A stretch of 64,000 nt of DNA from Chrysemys picta bellii. Lineage: Eukaryota. The notes under the pieces are model-generated. The model made no database searches. It was not told the origin of the DNA and saw only the letters and a list, made by a program, of their open reading frames with translations. The stretch covers positions 207,328,001-207,392,000 of the forward strand of contig NC_088791.1 in the NCBI RefSeq assembly GCF_011386835.1. The letters are read 5' to 3'. Numbering within the stretch: position 1 is the stretch's first letter; each line of letters begins with the position of its first letter. A program made the translations under genes and the position numbers. This document shows positions 62,740-64,000 of this stretch, in pieces.

Positions 62740-63344
62740 ATTCTCTGACAGCAACTTCAACTCCAGTAATGCCTACTTCAGAAGAAACCAAAAATACTAG
62801 CTTCTTTTGACAATAGAAATTTTCTGGTCTTGGTTCCTTTGGGAAGAGTTAATTAAAGATGATTTTTTTTAAAATGAAACTAGAGAAACACTCTTTCACT
62901 CTCTTTTTAATACTCCCTTTTGTATAGAACTCTGGGTCATAAATTCTGACCTATGGTTCATCTGTCCCATATCAGATTCAATAACTTTGAATTCCTTTTA
63001 TTGTGTAGATTTGGGTTTTCTAACTCTGTGTTTAATTTTTTGTAATATTTAGTTTATTTTTGTTTTTAGTTACTTCTGATTGTCGAGTATCTTTGGGCTT
63101 CTTAATTTCTTGTTCTAATTTTTTTTTAATTTATTTTACCTTTTTTTCCATCTTGATCTTCCTCACTCCCTTTATCCCTTCCTCTTACTTTTGTGCTTTT
63201 CAAAGAATTATTTTTATAAACACCTTGCAGTCCTCTCCCAGTCCCTGCTATACCTAGTGAGAGTACTGGCGGTGCTTGGCTAGTCTCTGTTCCATACTTT
63301 GCATGATGTGTGGGTGTCACTTTGGTAAATGAAACCTTAAAGAG

Positions 63345-63480
63345 ATGTGTACCTTGCAATTAAAAACTTGAGGCTGGCCCGTGCCAGCTGACTTGGGCTC
63401 ACAGTGCTCAGGTGGTGAGGCTGTCTAATTGCAATGTAGACGTAAGGGCTCAGGCTGCAGCCCAAGGTTTGGGAACCCAG
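63345..63480. mobile_element. Harbinger-type non-autonomous element fragment
   Basis: TTGCAATTAAAAAC...GCTGGCCCGTGCCAGCTGAC...AATTGCAATGTAGACGT...GGGCTCAGGCTGCAGCCC resembles turtle GTCTACAC-type elements; truncated. Confidence 0.5.
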
Positions 63481-63845
63481 TTGCCTCTCAGGCATCACAA
63501 TGGAATGTGTCCGAAGGGATTACAGGAAAGAAACAGCAGCAGTTGGCATATTCAAGGGAAGGGAGGAGTAGAATATGTGAGGATATAATATAATGTAATA
63601 AAAAACAATACCTGGTTTTGATAACTTCCTAAACTAGAGAAAACTGTTGAGATAAATGTCCCTTTCACACATTCCCATAAACATTATCTGGTCTTATTTA
63701 TTTTATTTGGTTTTCTTGCCCTTTTGTTCTGTTCCATAACTTAAGTTCCCCTGAAACAGACAGGAACCCTGCACAGATCATGTTGAAACAGATAAACTCT
63801 CAACATGCTCATAAACCCATTTCCTGCAATGAACTGCAGGTGGAT

Positions 63846-64000
63846 GGAATCATAGAATATCAGGGTTGGAAGGGACGTCAGGAGGTCATCTAGTCCAACC
63901 CCCTGCTCAAAGCAGGACCAATTCCCTACTAAATCATCTCAGCCAGGGCTTTGTCAAGCCTGCCCTTAAAAACCTCTAAGGAAGGAGATTCCACCACCTC
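63846..64000 (-). mobile_element. CR1 3' end, runs off the window
   Basis: GAATCATAGAATATCAGGGTTGGAAGGGAC..GGAGGTCATCTAGTCCAACCCCCTGCTCAAAGCAGGACC on the + strand is the CR1 tail. Confidence 0.9.

Noticed and set aside
29765-64000. DMD exon 10 (and exon 7 upstream of 27540)
   Set aside because: No spectrin-repeat-like exon was seen by eye or in the ORF track; this is consistent with long introns 7 and 9.

Overview
AT-rich vertebrate intronic DNA, very probably from a turtle (Testudines) as judged by recognisable repeat families. It lies inside the dystrophin gene (DMD, + strand). Only two coding exons are present: the exon-8 orthologue (27540-27721, 182 bp) and the exon-9 orthologue (29630-29764, 135 bp). 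Neither exon 7 nor exon 10 was found, so the rest is intron 7, intron 8 and intron 9. The introns hold many transposon remnants: CR1 and L2 LINEs, a sushi/Tf1-type Gypsy element with LTRs and a TSD, a DIRS fragment, solo LTRs, hAT, Harbinger and Tc/mariner MITEs, MIR-like SINEs, an LF-SINE, and six Penelope-like terminal remnants. The most interesting signals are: (i) minimal hammerhead-ribozyme motifs inside near-perfect Penelope inverted repeats, including a copy in the DMD sense strand; (ii) a 120-nt AG-exclusion zone, RBFOX motifs and a weak donor around exon 9; (iii) a solo LTR starting at position +6 of the exon-8 donor; (iv) a self-priming signature in the Gypsy element. I found no convincing wholly new system. 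Repeat family names come from recalled consensus features, not from a database search, and several boundaries are approximate.
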